From: a virus
Lineage: Duplodnaviria; Caudoviricetes
Reading direction: 5' to 3' (one strand)
IMG/VR virus record: IMGVR_UViG_3300037400_004093
Location: 2,591 to 66,590 of that record
DNA: 64,000 nucleotides
The position numbers were made by a program, and so were the translations under genes. The notes beneath the pieces were generated by a model, which searched no databases, was not told the origin of the DNA, and saw only the letters and a list, made by a program, of their open reading frames with translations. Position 1 is the stretch's first letter; the number at the start of each line of letters is the position of its first letter. Below are positions 8,840-16,753 of the stretch, one piece after another.

Positions 8840-9000
8840 GATAATACCTCCCAGCATTTAACCTCATACTAGCATTTTCTAGTCTTATTGGACCGACCTC
8901 ATGATAAAGTCGATTAACAGTACGTCAGCTTTGATTAATGAGACTGCTTACCTGTCTCTTAACAACGGGTTACTGTTTAGGGCCCCGCAATGTACCTTTT

Positions 9001-9077
9001 CCGAGACTTTGGACTCGGCACTTCTATATTTTTTTAGAAGCGGTGCATTAATATCTTATTTAAGATACCCATCTGCA
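9001..9077 (-). ncRNA. twister ribozyme C (P5-type permutation)
   Basis: UGCAGAUGG-P1-U^AAUGCAC-P3-CCGAGUCCAAAGUCUCGG; P4 stem covaries relative to copies A and B; predicted cut 9050/9049. Confidence 0.8.
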
Positions 9078-9087
9078 AAAAATATCA

Positions 9088-9116
9088 TTGAACATAAGTC
9101 TAAAACATGATATAAT
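9088..9116 (+). promoter_or_regulatory. sigmaA-type promoter, antisense to 9205-9387
   Basis: TTGAAC-17 bp-(TG)TATAAT. Confidence 0.65.
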
Positions 9117-9204
9117 AAAAAATAACAGATGCGCCAAGTGTGCTGTTGACACCCGGCGCTTTTGTCTCGGGCTATCTGTCATAGCCCAGAGTAACAGTCT
9201 GCTA

Positions 9205-9387
9205 TCAGTTGTCGCTGATTTCAGTTGCAGACATATTACGTATCAAGTCGCCGCGAAACAGCTTTATGTTTGACTTTATCTTTCGATAAGCGTCGTTCAC
9301 ACTGTTAGCGGTGACTATTTTGTTGTAACTCTTGACGGAATCGTATTTGTCGACTACGATCCATCTGACTTCGTACTTTTTAGCCAT
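9205..9387 (-). CDS. small hypothetical protein, paralog of 7562-7783
   Basis: 60 aa, GGGAGG RBS, MAKKYEVRW. Confidence 0.65.
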   Translation of the reverse strand: MAKKYEVRWIVVDKYDSVKSYNKIVTANSVNDAYRKIKSNIKLFRGDLIRNMSATEISDN

Positions 9388-9501
9388 AGCTCTTGCCTCC
9401 CTAATCCATAATAGTTGATGGAGAGTTAGCGTATATGCCTAATAAAATACTTAGTTAACATTACAACTATTTCTTAACGTGTTTCAACGAATGCTTTTTA
9501 T

Positions 9502-9573
9502 CTGGACTTTGGACCAGCTACTTTTTTATTAAGTAGGTGCATTAATACTCCTATATAGAAGTACCCATCTGCA
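9502..9573 (-). ncRNA. twister ribozyme B (P5-type permutation)
   Basis: UGCAGAUGG-P1-U^AAUGCAC-P3-CUGGUCCAAAGUCCAG; pseudoknot UGG/CCA; predicted cut 9544/9543. Confidence 0.8.
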
Positions 9574-9682
9574 AAGTAGATGAATATATAAAATAGAGAA
9601 TGCAGATAAATAATCCACATTCTCTATACTAGCCATACATGTATCTTCGGCTACATGTAGGTATCGTATCTATATTTATTTC

Positions 9683-9711
9683 TTGAAACATACTATATCC
9701 TATGATATAAT
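9683..9711 (+). promoter_or_regulatory. sigmaA-type promoter for 9756-10073
   Basis: TTGAAA-17 bp-(TG)TATAAT. Confidence 0.65.
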
Positions 9712-9755
9712 TAAATTATCAACATAATATGAAAACAAGAAAGGATGATATAGAT

Positions 9756-10073
9756 ATGACGAAAACTAATTCTACCAGGATTTCTCCGCCGCCACCTCCT
9801 CCTAATCTTACTCAAGAACAGTTAGAAGAAGCAATTGGCAGAACTAGCTTTATTCCAGTCAAAGAAACTGAAGAGTCAGACGAAGAATATGCTCGTCGTC
9901 TCTCAGGCTGGAGAAATAAAAGAAAAACCGTAAATTACCGTTTAAAAGTTCTTTCAAGGAAAATAGAATACATCTTTTGGTCTTTAGCCTACAAAGCATT
10001 AGACAACTATGATGGATACTATAATCGCAAAGAACCACCTAAACATTCTGGCAATCCACGGTTTATCTTTTAA
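9756..10073 (+). CDS. hypothetical basic protein with a poly-Pro stretch
   Basis: GAAAGGA RBS before the ATG at 9756; has its own promoter; convergent with 10070-10567. Confidence 0.65.
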   Translation: MTKTNSTRISPPPPPPNLTQEQLEEAIGRTSFIPVKETEESDEEYARRLSGWRNKRKTVNYRLKVLSRKIEYIFWSLAYKALDNYDGYYNRKEPPKHSGNPRFIF

Positions 10074-10567
10074 GGTACCTGATATATCTCAGCTATCTTT
10101 TTCATAGTAGGTATAAGGGTGCCATCCTTATACATGCTATCAAGATCTTCTTCGCTGAGCTCATCAAAGTATCTTTCTAAACCTTCACCAGTTGCGGCAT
10201 ACAATCTAGCATCCATCTCTATAAGAGAATATTTATAGAGATCTTTGCCTTCATTGTACTCTTCTATGTGCTTGTCTACCCAAGCATATATAGAAGGGTA
10301 CTTTTTGTATTGCCACTCATGACGTAGCTCATGTCTAATTGTTATATCAAGATCATGAGCTTTGCCATGCTGACGAAGGTCTACTTCCACCAGACCAGGT
10401 GTATGTTCTCCTGTTGTTCCTAGTGGAAGTTTTTTAAATACAAGTTTAGGCGGAATAACACCTAATTTGATTGCTTCCACTAGGAACTGCGCTTTGAACA
10501 TAGCCTCTAGGACTATAAGAGCTTTTTTGCTTCTCTTATAGACCATGACTGCGTTAACAGTAGCCAT
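10070..10567 (-). CDS. zincin-like metallopeptidase (HExxH)
   Basis: ITIRHELRHEWQ and a downstream E-x-D-A-R; AAGGAGG RBS. Confidence 0.6.
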   Translation of the reverse strand: MATVNAVMVYKRSKKALIVLEAMFKAQFLVEAIKLGVIPPKLVFKKLPLGTTGEHTPGLVEVDLRQHGKAHDLDITIRHELRHEWQYKKYPSIYAWVDKHIEEYNEGKDLYKYSLIEMDARLYAATGEGLERYFDELSEEDLDSMYKDGTLIPTMKKIAEIYQVP

Positions 10568-10744
10568 ACTAATACACCTCCTTTCATACTTTTATTTGCT
10601 CTGTATTAGCATTACAATCTATATCTTGTTTTTATAAAGAATCTTAATTCTATATCAAGGCTTTTTATAAAGATAAGATACATTTCTAGTCTCTTTTTTT
10701 ACATGGTGAACCTCTCGAATTTCCATGTACACCATGGAGAAGCA

Positions 10745-10969
10745 TTAGAAATACCTCTCCATGGTGCAAAATAAAACTCCATTAGGGAGCGTATACTTCC
10801 TGTAATGGTCCTCCTTGAAGGAGGATACTAAAAGAGAGCCATTTCTGACTCTCTCATCTAATTTTAATAACATTTCCTTTTCTACGGTCTTGCCGTTGAT
10901 CTTCTCAACGGTGATCTTCTTAGTGGTAATGTTCTTATAGTTCATCATAGTAATCAACCTCCCAGTCAA
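10745..10969 (-). CDS. small hypothetical protein
   Basis: 74-aa ORF, GGGAGG near the start, hairpins downstream; exact start uncertain. Confidence 0.5.
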   Translation of the reverse strand: MTGRLITMMNYKNITTKKITVEKINGKTVEKEMLLKLDERVRNGSLLVSSFKEDHYRKYTLPNGVLFCTMERYF

Positions 10970-11059
10970 TTAAGCCTCACTGATTTCTTCAGTCTATTGG
11001 CTCGCATACAAATACTCCTCTGGTATATCCAGATAAAAAAGTATTCTATGAAATGTATG

Positions 11060-11470
11060 CTTCACAGGATTCCCCTAAAAAAGAAGAACACGTTTTACAT
11101 CAGGTGTGATCTGCTGATGTTTTCCTAAACTTTCGCTACGCTCCCATTTTCGATGGAACGTTTTTAACGGAAAAGTTTTCGGAAAATTTTCGTCAGTTAT
11201 CCCGTTCGATAATGAGATTTTGAGACAACTGACCCCGGGGGTAGCTTTTTCCCCAAAGACTTCCCCATAAGAGTACCTGGTCCCCTTCCAAAATTTTTTC
11301 ATTTTTCATTTCCCCTATAGGATTTTTCCCATTCTTATAAAAAAATTGATTTTGTCAACTATCATTTTCTTAAAAAAGTCTTAAATCCCTAATTTTTATA
11401 TAATTTTTTATGATTTTCGATTTCTATATAAAAACTTGATTTTATCAACCATAAAAAAATAAGTCTTTAG
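11060..11470. other. non-coding strand-switch region with a TTCCCC motif array
   Basis: Gene orientation flips here; repeated TTCCC(C), CCCCGGGGG palindrome, A/T tracts. Confidence 0.5.
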
Positions 11471-11543
11471 CAGGCAGGATTTTCATCGTAAATGTAGAAT
11501 ATAGAAAAATATAAGGATAAAAAGAATGAAGTGAAAAAAGAAA

Positions 11544-11843
11544 ATGTATAACAATCGAAACGATATTTTCTTCGATGATAATATAATTGATATCGATAAT
11601 GACATATCTGATATCTTGAATAAGTATAGAGACAAGGATAATAATGACAGAAATAAAGAAACAAATAGATATAATAGCAACGAAGATAGCGAGATAAATA
11701 AATTAAGAAGAGAGAATGAGAGATTAAAGAAAGAAAACGAAGAATTAAGAAAAGAGATTGATATTATAAATAAGAATACAGAGGATTTGGAATCAGATAT
11801 TAAGAAGATAAGTAATGCAGTATATAATATAATTAATAAATAA
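11544..11843 (+). CDS. Asn/Asp-rich coiled-coil hypothetical protein
   Basis: 99-aa ORF with a heptad stretch LRRENERLKKENEELRKE. Confidence 0.55.
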   Translation: MYNNRNDIFFDDNIIDIDNDISDILNKYRDKDNNDRNKETNRYNSNEDSEINKLRRENERLKKENEELRKEIDIINKNTEDLESDIKKISNAVYNIINK

Positions 11844-11864
11844 AGGGGAAAAGGGGAATTTAAA

Positions 11865-12863
11865 ATGGCAGATGCAGAAGAATATTATGGTTGTTATGGA
11901 GAAGATTTATTTGACGCGATGTTAGATGAAGAAGATATGGCAGCATGGAAAGAAGCCAGAGAAGAAGAGGAATATGAAGAAGAACATGCGCCTCAAGAAT
12001 TCAATAAATTCAAGGAAGAATATAATAAATATTTTTGCGACAAAAATTTTAATAGTAAGATATGTGCTGACGATATAAGAACTTTAGTTAAAAATATAGA
12101 AAATATATCTGAGTTATTATTAAATATAGAATATAATATTATAGAGGAATGTGATGAGAAAGGAAATCAAATATCTTATCCTGATTTAAATAGCGATGAT
12201 AATATAGAGATAGATGAAAAGATTTATGATGTAAAAGTAAGAGACAACACAAAGAAAGCCGCTAAATTATTAATGAATATTATCGCGATGTATACGTTTA
12301 GTACAGATAAAGCTAGGCGTAGAATAGTGAGATATTTAAAAAGCGTATATTATAATAATAAAGCAAAAGAAGATTTAAAAGACGTTTATCATATGCGCCG
12401 TAAAATTTTCTACACAAATGAATGCAATAATCCGCAACAGTTTGTGTATGATTTTATTGTAAAGAATAAAATTAAAGGAAGCATATTGTATGTAGCTGAT
12501 GATGAAGAAATCATGCATTTTATTTATAAGGAGTTTAATAAACCAGCTTTAAAATACAAAATAAATTGTGAATATATGAGTAGATATAAAGTTGGCACTT
12601 CAAGTTTTGAAGATATAAAAAAAGATAATTTAATATTATGCAATCCTTCACAATTAACTTTAGATGATAAATATGATTATATATTTATGGATATTTCAAA
12701 TGAATATACAGAGCTTGAAAAAGTAAATCCTTATAGAGTATTTACGGCTTTGAATATGTTTAAAAAGAATATACATATAATTGATTTTACAGAAGAACAA
12801 GACATATTAGCAAATTTGTTTGAATCTTATAAGATTGAGGATATAGATAACAAATATAAATAA
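11865..12863 (+). CDS. hypothetical protein
   Basis: 332-aa ORF, AAGGGG RBS, acidic N-terminus. Confidence 0.7.
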   Translation: MADAEEYYGCYGEDLFDAMLDEEDMAAWKEAREEEEYEEEHAPQEFNKFKEEYNKYFCDKNFNSKICADDIRTLVKNIENISELLLNIEYNIIEECDEKGNQISYPDLNSDDNIEIDEKIYDVKVRDNTKKAAKLLMNIIAMYTFSTDKARRRIVRYLKSVYYNNKAKEDLKDVYHMRRKIFYTNECNNPQQFVYDFIVKNKIKGSILYVADDEEIMHFIYKEFNKPALKYKINCEYMSRYKVGTSSFEDIKKDNLILCNPSQLTLDDKYDYIFMDISNEYTELEKVNPYRVFTALNMFKKNIHIIDFTEEQDILANLFESYKIEDIDNKYK

Positions 12864-12937
12864 AATATTGAATTAACATACGATAAAAGAGAGTCCCTCT
12901 TAGGTAATATAATTATTATCGAGGAGGGATTTTTATT

Positions 12938-13204
12938 ATGTCCGTAATATTTATAAATAAGACTCAAGAAATAGAAGGTGCATTTACCTTTAATGTTCTT
13001 GTCGACGAAAGTATTAAGCCTAATACTATAAAAATTGAAGGCATATTGGAGACAAAAGAATATTTGGACGAGATAAAAGAGATAGAAAGCGTTGGGTATA
13101 AATTAACCGGAGTAAGAATAATCGGAGAATCTTATGGTTCAGAAGATGATAAAATACAATATGCTTTTAGAGCCAAAAATTATGAAGTCTTTAGAGATAA
13201 GTAA
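12938..13204 (+). CDS. hypothetical protein
   Basis: 88 aa, GAGGAGG RBS. Confidence 0.7.
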   Translation: MSVIFINKTQEIEGAFTFNVLVDESIKPNTIKIEGILETKEYLDEIKEIESVGYKLTGVRIIGESYGSEDDKIQYAFRAKNYEVFRDK

Positions 13205-13234
13205 TATATATAATTGAGAGGAGGCAGATAAGAT

Positions 13235-13930
13235 ATGGAAGAAGATGAGAATCTTGAAGAAGATTTATTAGAGGAAGAAGAAATAGAAAGAGACGATGAA
13301 TCTGATAACAATATGATTGTCGCGAAAAGAGAAGAATTTGAATTAGCGATGAAAAGTAATGGCGGCAATTGGGGGTATTCAAAGAGAGGAATAGAAGCTA
13401 AAAGAGCGGCTATGACTATGCTTTCTACTAAAACTGGTATGTATGCGAGAATACCTTTAATATGTAAAGGAAAAGCTTGTCCTTACGCTGAAAGCTGTGA
13501 ATTAATTCCATATGATTTAACCCCTGTCGGAGAACCTTGTCCTAAAGAAACTTCTAAGATAGAAATGAATACGGCAGGATATTGTCAGGATTTAGATTAT
13601 GAGCATGCTAGTTTTACGGATAAAATGATGTTAAATGATTTAGTTGGATATGACATTATGTTGGATAGATGTAGATCATTAATGGCTAAAGAAGGTACTC
13701 CAGTTATAGAGATAGTAGCAGGAGTCGCAGAAAACGGAGAAGAAATAAGGCAGCCGGCAATATCTAAAGCTTTAGAAGCTTATGAAAAAATAGTGAAGAA
13801 AAAGAATGAAACATATCAGCTTATGATGATGACGAGAAAAGATAAGAAGAAGAATGGAGATGACGAAGATGGTGGTCTTCAGGATATTCTTAATAACGTT
13901 ATTAACGCAGCTGATTTAGAAGAGGAATGA
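13235..13930 (+). CDS. putative terminase small subunit (Cys cluster)
   Basis: CKGKACPYAESC...EPCP Zn-like cluster, helical C-terminus, first conserved-looking gene of the late cluster; positional inference only. Confidence 0.4.
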   Translation: MEEDENLEEDLLEEEEIERDDESDNNMIVAKREEFELAMKSNGGNWGYSKRGIEAKRAAMTMLSTKTGMYARIPLICKGKACPYAESCELIPYDLTPVGEPCPKETSKIEMNTAGYCQDLDYEHASFTDKMMLNDLVGYDIMLDRCRSLMAKEGTPVIEIVAGVAENGEEIRQPAISKALEAYEKIVKKKNETYQLMMMTRKDKKKNGDDEDGGLQDILNNVINAADLEEE

Positions 13931-13940
13931 TTATCATATT

Positions 13941-14381
13941 ATGTTTAAAGGATTTAGGAAGTTTTTCAACGATGCTTCATCTGCCACAGAAAATATTCTT
14001 GCCTCTAACAAGGATGCAACAAACGTACAGGTAATATCGGATGCAATAGAGTCAGCCGTAAATAAAAGAATCTCCGAATCTCCAATGTTAAACGTAAGGA
14101 TGCATGGTTTATGTACAGAAGAAAACATGGCATTAAGAACTAAAGTCAATAATCCTGAGAAATATACTCTTACAAACGAAGAGGAAAAGTCTTGGAATGA
14201 TTTGGTTAATCAAGCGAATGGAAAAGAATTAGGTTCATTAGAAAAATCGGCTTCTTTACTATTTCATAGAAATGGAGATATTGCACCATTGAGAGTAGCT
14301 AGTGTAGCAGGATTAGGAGCATTAAGTGTAGGAGCAGTAGGAGTTGGAGCATATAAAGCAGTAGATGCATTAAGTGACTGA
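13941..14381 (+). CDS. protein with a Gly/Ala-rich hydrophobic C-terminal helix
   Basis: VASVAGLGALSVGAVGVGAYKAV. Confidence 0.7.
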   Translation: MFKGFRKFFNDASSATENILASNKDATNVQVISDAIESAVNKRISESPMLNVRMHGLCTEENMALRTKVNNPEKYTLTNEEEKSWNDLVNQANGKELGSLEKSASLLFHRNGDIAPLRVASVAGLGALSVGAVGVGAYKAVDALSD

Positions 14382-14404
14382 AAGTAGGTGAACTTCAGTA
14401 AATT

Positions 14405-14612
14405 ATGAATACTAATATCTTAAATAGTAATAAAGCTAAAAATGCTATAAATGGAATGTCCGAAGAAGCGACAAGAATTATAGAGAATTTTCAGAAGTCT
14501 CAAGAATGGAGTTACGCTAAAAAAAGCAGGAGTATTTGGAGTTGCGGCTTTAGGTGTAGCTGGAAGTATAGCTAGTATATATGGTGTAGCTAGACAAGAA
14601 AAATTAATTTAA
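14405..14612 (+). pseudogene. frameshifted small Gly/Ala-tailed membrane protein
   Basis: ATG frame stops at 14575; the +1 frame reads KKAGVFGVAALGVAGSIASIYGVARQEKLI* to 14612; A7 run at 14519-14525. Confidence 0.45.
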
Positions 14613-14653
14613 AGTTATTGTTAATTATATATAGAAGAAAGGAGGATGAATGT

Positions 14654-15052
14654 ATGGGATTGATATCTAATCAAGCTATTAAAGATGCATGGTCGGGTTC
14701 TTTAGAACATGCACGAAAGATGGCCAATACAGTACGACAAAGCGTTGATAGGAGAGCCAATGATTTTTCAAAAGAAGCAAAAGAGCAATTAGGATTCAAA
14801 AACACCAAAAATATTACATTATTTAACAAAGATCCAGGACTTGTAAAAACAAATGGAGAACAATATGGCGATTTAGACAGAATAAAATCGTTATATCATA
14901 ACAAAGATGGCTCATATAATAAAACAGCGATAGCTGGAACTATAGCTGGGTCTTATATCGGTGTAGCTTCTGCTGGTAGAATTGCTTCTGGTGGTGGTTT
15001 ATATAGAGATAGCGATGGTAATTTTGATTTAATGGGCGTACCATTTATTTAA
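14654..15052 (+). CDS. protein with a Gly/Ala-rich hydrophobic C-terminus
   Basis: AAGGAGG RBS; AIAGTIAGSYIGVASAG. Confidence 0.7.
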   Translation: MGLISNQAIKDAWSGSLEHARKMANTVRQSVDRRANDFSKEAKEQLGFKNTKNITLFNKDPGLVKTNGEQYGDLDRIKSLYHNKDGSYNKTAIAGTIAGSYIGVASAGRIASGGGLYRDSDGNFDLMGVPFI

Positions 15053-15088
15053 ATAAATATAATTAGTAAAAAAGGAGAATGATAAAAT

Positions 15089-15628
15089 ATGGGAACAGTC
15101 GCAATGAATCCTCTTAAGAAAGTATTGAATTCTATTGAAACCAATGTAGGGAATATTGGATTTTCTTCTATGAATCAAGGAGGAAATATTATTGCTGGAA
15201 TGTTTGACTCAGTTGGAGCTCAAGTTGCAAAAGGTTTTGAAAGTTTAGCGGGCGATGCGGCTAGAAATGCAAAGTCTGTTGTTTACAAAACGAATAATGC
15301 GATGAAAAGAGAAGCTAATTTAAATAAATACACAAGTAGATTATCAAACGAAAGAGCGATGAATTTAGCAAATAATGGTTTTAGCACAAGTCAAATTTTT
15401 GCAGACAAACAAATACATAATTTATCAATGCAAAAACATCTTTCTTTTAAAAATTATGAAAAGAATAAAGCTTTAAGAAATAATGCACAATCAACAATAG
15501 ATCTATATAATACAACAAGCGAATTTTTAACTGATAATCAAAGATTAGTTGGCGGTGTAGCTGTTGGTGCGGGAGCATTAGGAGCAACTGGCTTAGGTGT
15601 AGCAGCATATAATGCCTATAACGATTAA
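15089..15628 (+). CDS. protein with a Gly/Ala-rich hydrophobic C-terminus
   Basis: AAGGAG RBS; VGGVAVGAGALGATGLGVAAY. Confidence 0.7.
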   Translation: MGTVAMNPLKKVLNSIETNVGNIGFSSMNQGGNIIAGMFDSVGAQVAKGFESLAGDAARNAKSVVYKTNNAMKREANLNKYTSRLSNERAMNLANNGFSTSQIFADKQIHNLSMQKHLSFKNYEKNKALRNNAQSTIDLYNTTSEFLTDNQRLVGGVAVGAGALGATGLGVAAYNAYND

Positions 15629-15646
15629 TTCAAAATATAAACATCG

Positions 15647-16282
15647 ATGGGTATATTCGATAATAATAACCCATATCCTTATTTAAGACATGAATCAAGT
15701 TATATAGATACAGGATTTAAGAAAGCATTCGAATTAGGTGCTAAAGGTGCAGTAGCAGTAGGAAAAGCAGGATTTAAGGCAGGAGCATATATAGCGCCTT
15801 ATGCCGGCAAAGCTGCGATAGGTACAGTATCAGCTATCGGTTCCGCAGGATTAAAAGGAGCACAATGGATGGGAGAAAGCGCTATTGCTTCTTTAAAATC
15901 TAATAATCCAGTCTTAAATCCAGTTAGAACTATAGGAGAAGCCGGCATAGGACTAGCCCAGAAAATGGTAAAGTTTACGCCGGCTGAAACTATATATAAT
16001 ACAACTACTAAAGAATTAGAAAATAAATCTCCTTCATTAAAATTAACTAAATTTGGCGCCGGAGTTATTTTAGGAGGGGCGGCGATAAGTTCCGCGATTC
16101 ATGCCGTCGATAAATTTAAGGAAAGAGCTATGGGAAAGATCGATTCAAAAGTAACGACGTCTACTCCTGATTATTCACCGCAGGAATATAGTACGTCAAA
16201 TGATTTAATAGATCCAGCTGGAGCGACTGGAGATTTAGTATTTGCTTTATTTAAAAATAGACACGGAGGGAGTATGTTATAA
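15647..16282 (+). CDS. Gly/Ala-rich putative virion/membrane protein
   Basis: 211 aa; FGAGVILGGAAISSAI. Confidence 0.7.
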   Translation: MGIFDNNNPYPYLRHESSYIDTGFKKAFELGAKGAVAVGKAGFKAGAYIAPYAGKAAIGTVSAIGSAGLKGAQWMGESAIASLKSNNPVLNPVRTIGEAGIGLAQKMVKFTPAETIYNTTTKELENKSPSLKLTKFGAGVILGGAAISSAIHAVDKFKERAMGKIDSKVTTSTPDYSPQEYSTSNDLIDPAGATGDLVFALFKNRHGGSML

Positions 16283-16731
16283 TGGGAGCAAGTGCGTCAA
16301 TATTTAAAAAATTATGGGATAAGGGATGGAACAACAAAGGAACTGCTCTTAATTTAGGTATGGGTGGATATTTTGCTATGGATACCTATGATGAAGAAAG
16401 ACAGAATGGAGCTAGTAAAGCGGGAGCATTTTTTTCGGCGGCTGCAGATTTTACTTTACCTTTTATGATGCCTTTAAAAGGTTATATAGCATTAGAAGCT
16501 GGAAAAGGATTAATAGAATCTGCTCCTGAATTATATATGGACGCTCAGTCTTATAGACGGGAATTAGGCCGGCAAAAGAGAGGATATACTAAAGCTTTCT
16601 CTAATTCTGAATTTAATGATACAGAACAGTATTATACTATGAGACAAGCTGGCATGGCTATTGCACAAAGAAGTAGATATAATGTACAGCAAGCTATGTT
16701 AGGAAATGAAGCTAAGTATATGATGAAGTAA
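16282..16731 (+). CDS. putative virion protein
   Basis: 149 aa, overlaps the upstream stop codon; Gly/Ala-rich with a TMRQAGMAIAQRSRYN tail. Confidence 0.7.
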   Translation: MGASASIFKKLWDKGWNNKGTALNLGMGGYFAMDTYDEERQNGASKAGAFFSAAADFTLPFMMPLKGYIALEAGKGLIESAPELYMDAQSYRRELGRQKRGYTKAFSNSEFNDTEQYYTMRQAGMAIAQRSRYNVQQAMLGNEAKYMMK

Positions 16732-16753
16732 TATATAATACAAAGAGGAGGTA

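Noticed and set aside
10960-11040. CUGAAGA on the minus strand, resembling a hammerhead core
   Set aside because: No correctly placed stem II-GAAA follows; only ordinary hairpins.
11075-11680. Minus-strand ORFs 11075-11302, 11467-11664 and 11483-11680
   Set aside because: Low-complexity translations of the switch region or shadows of 11544-11843; no RBS.
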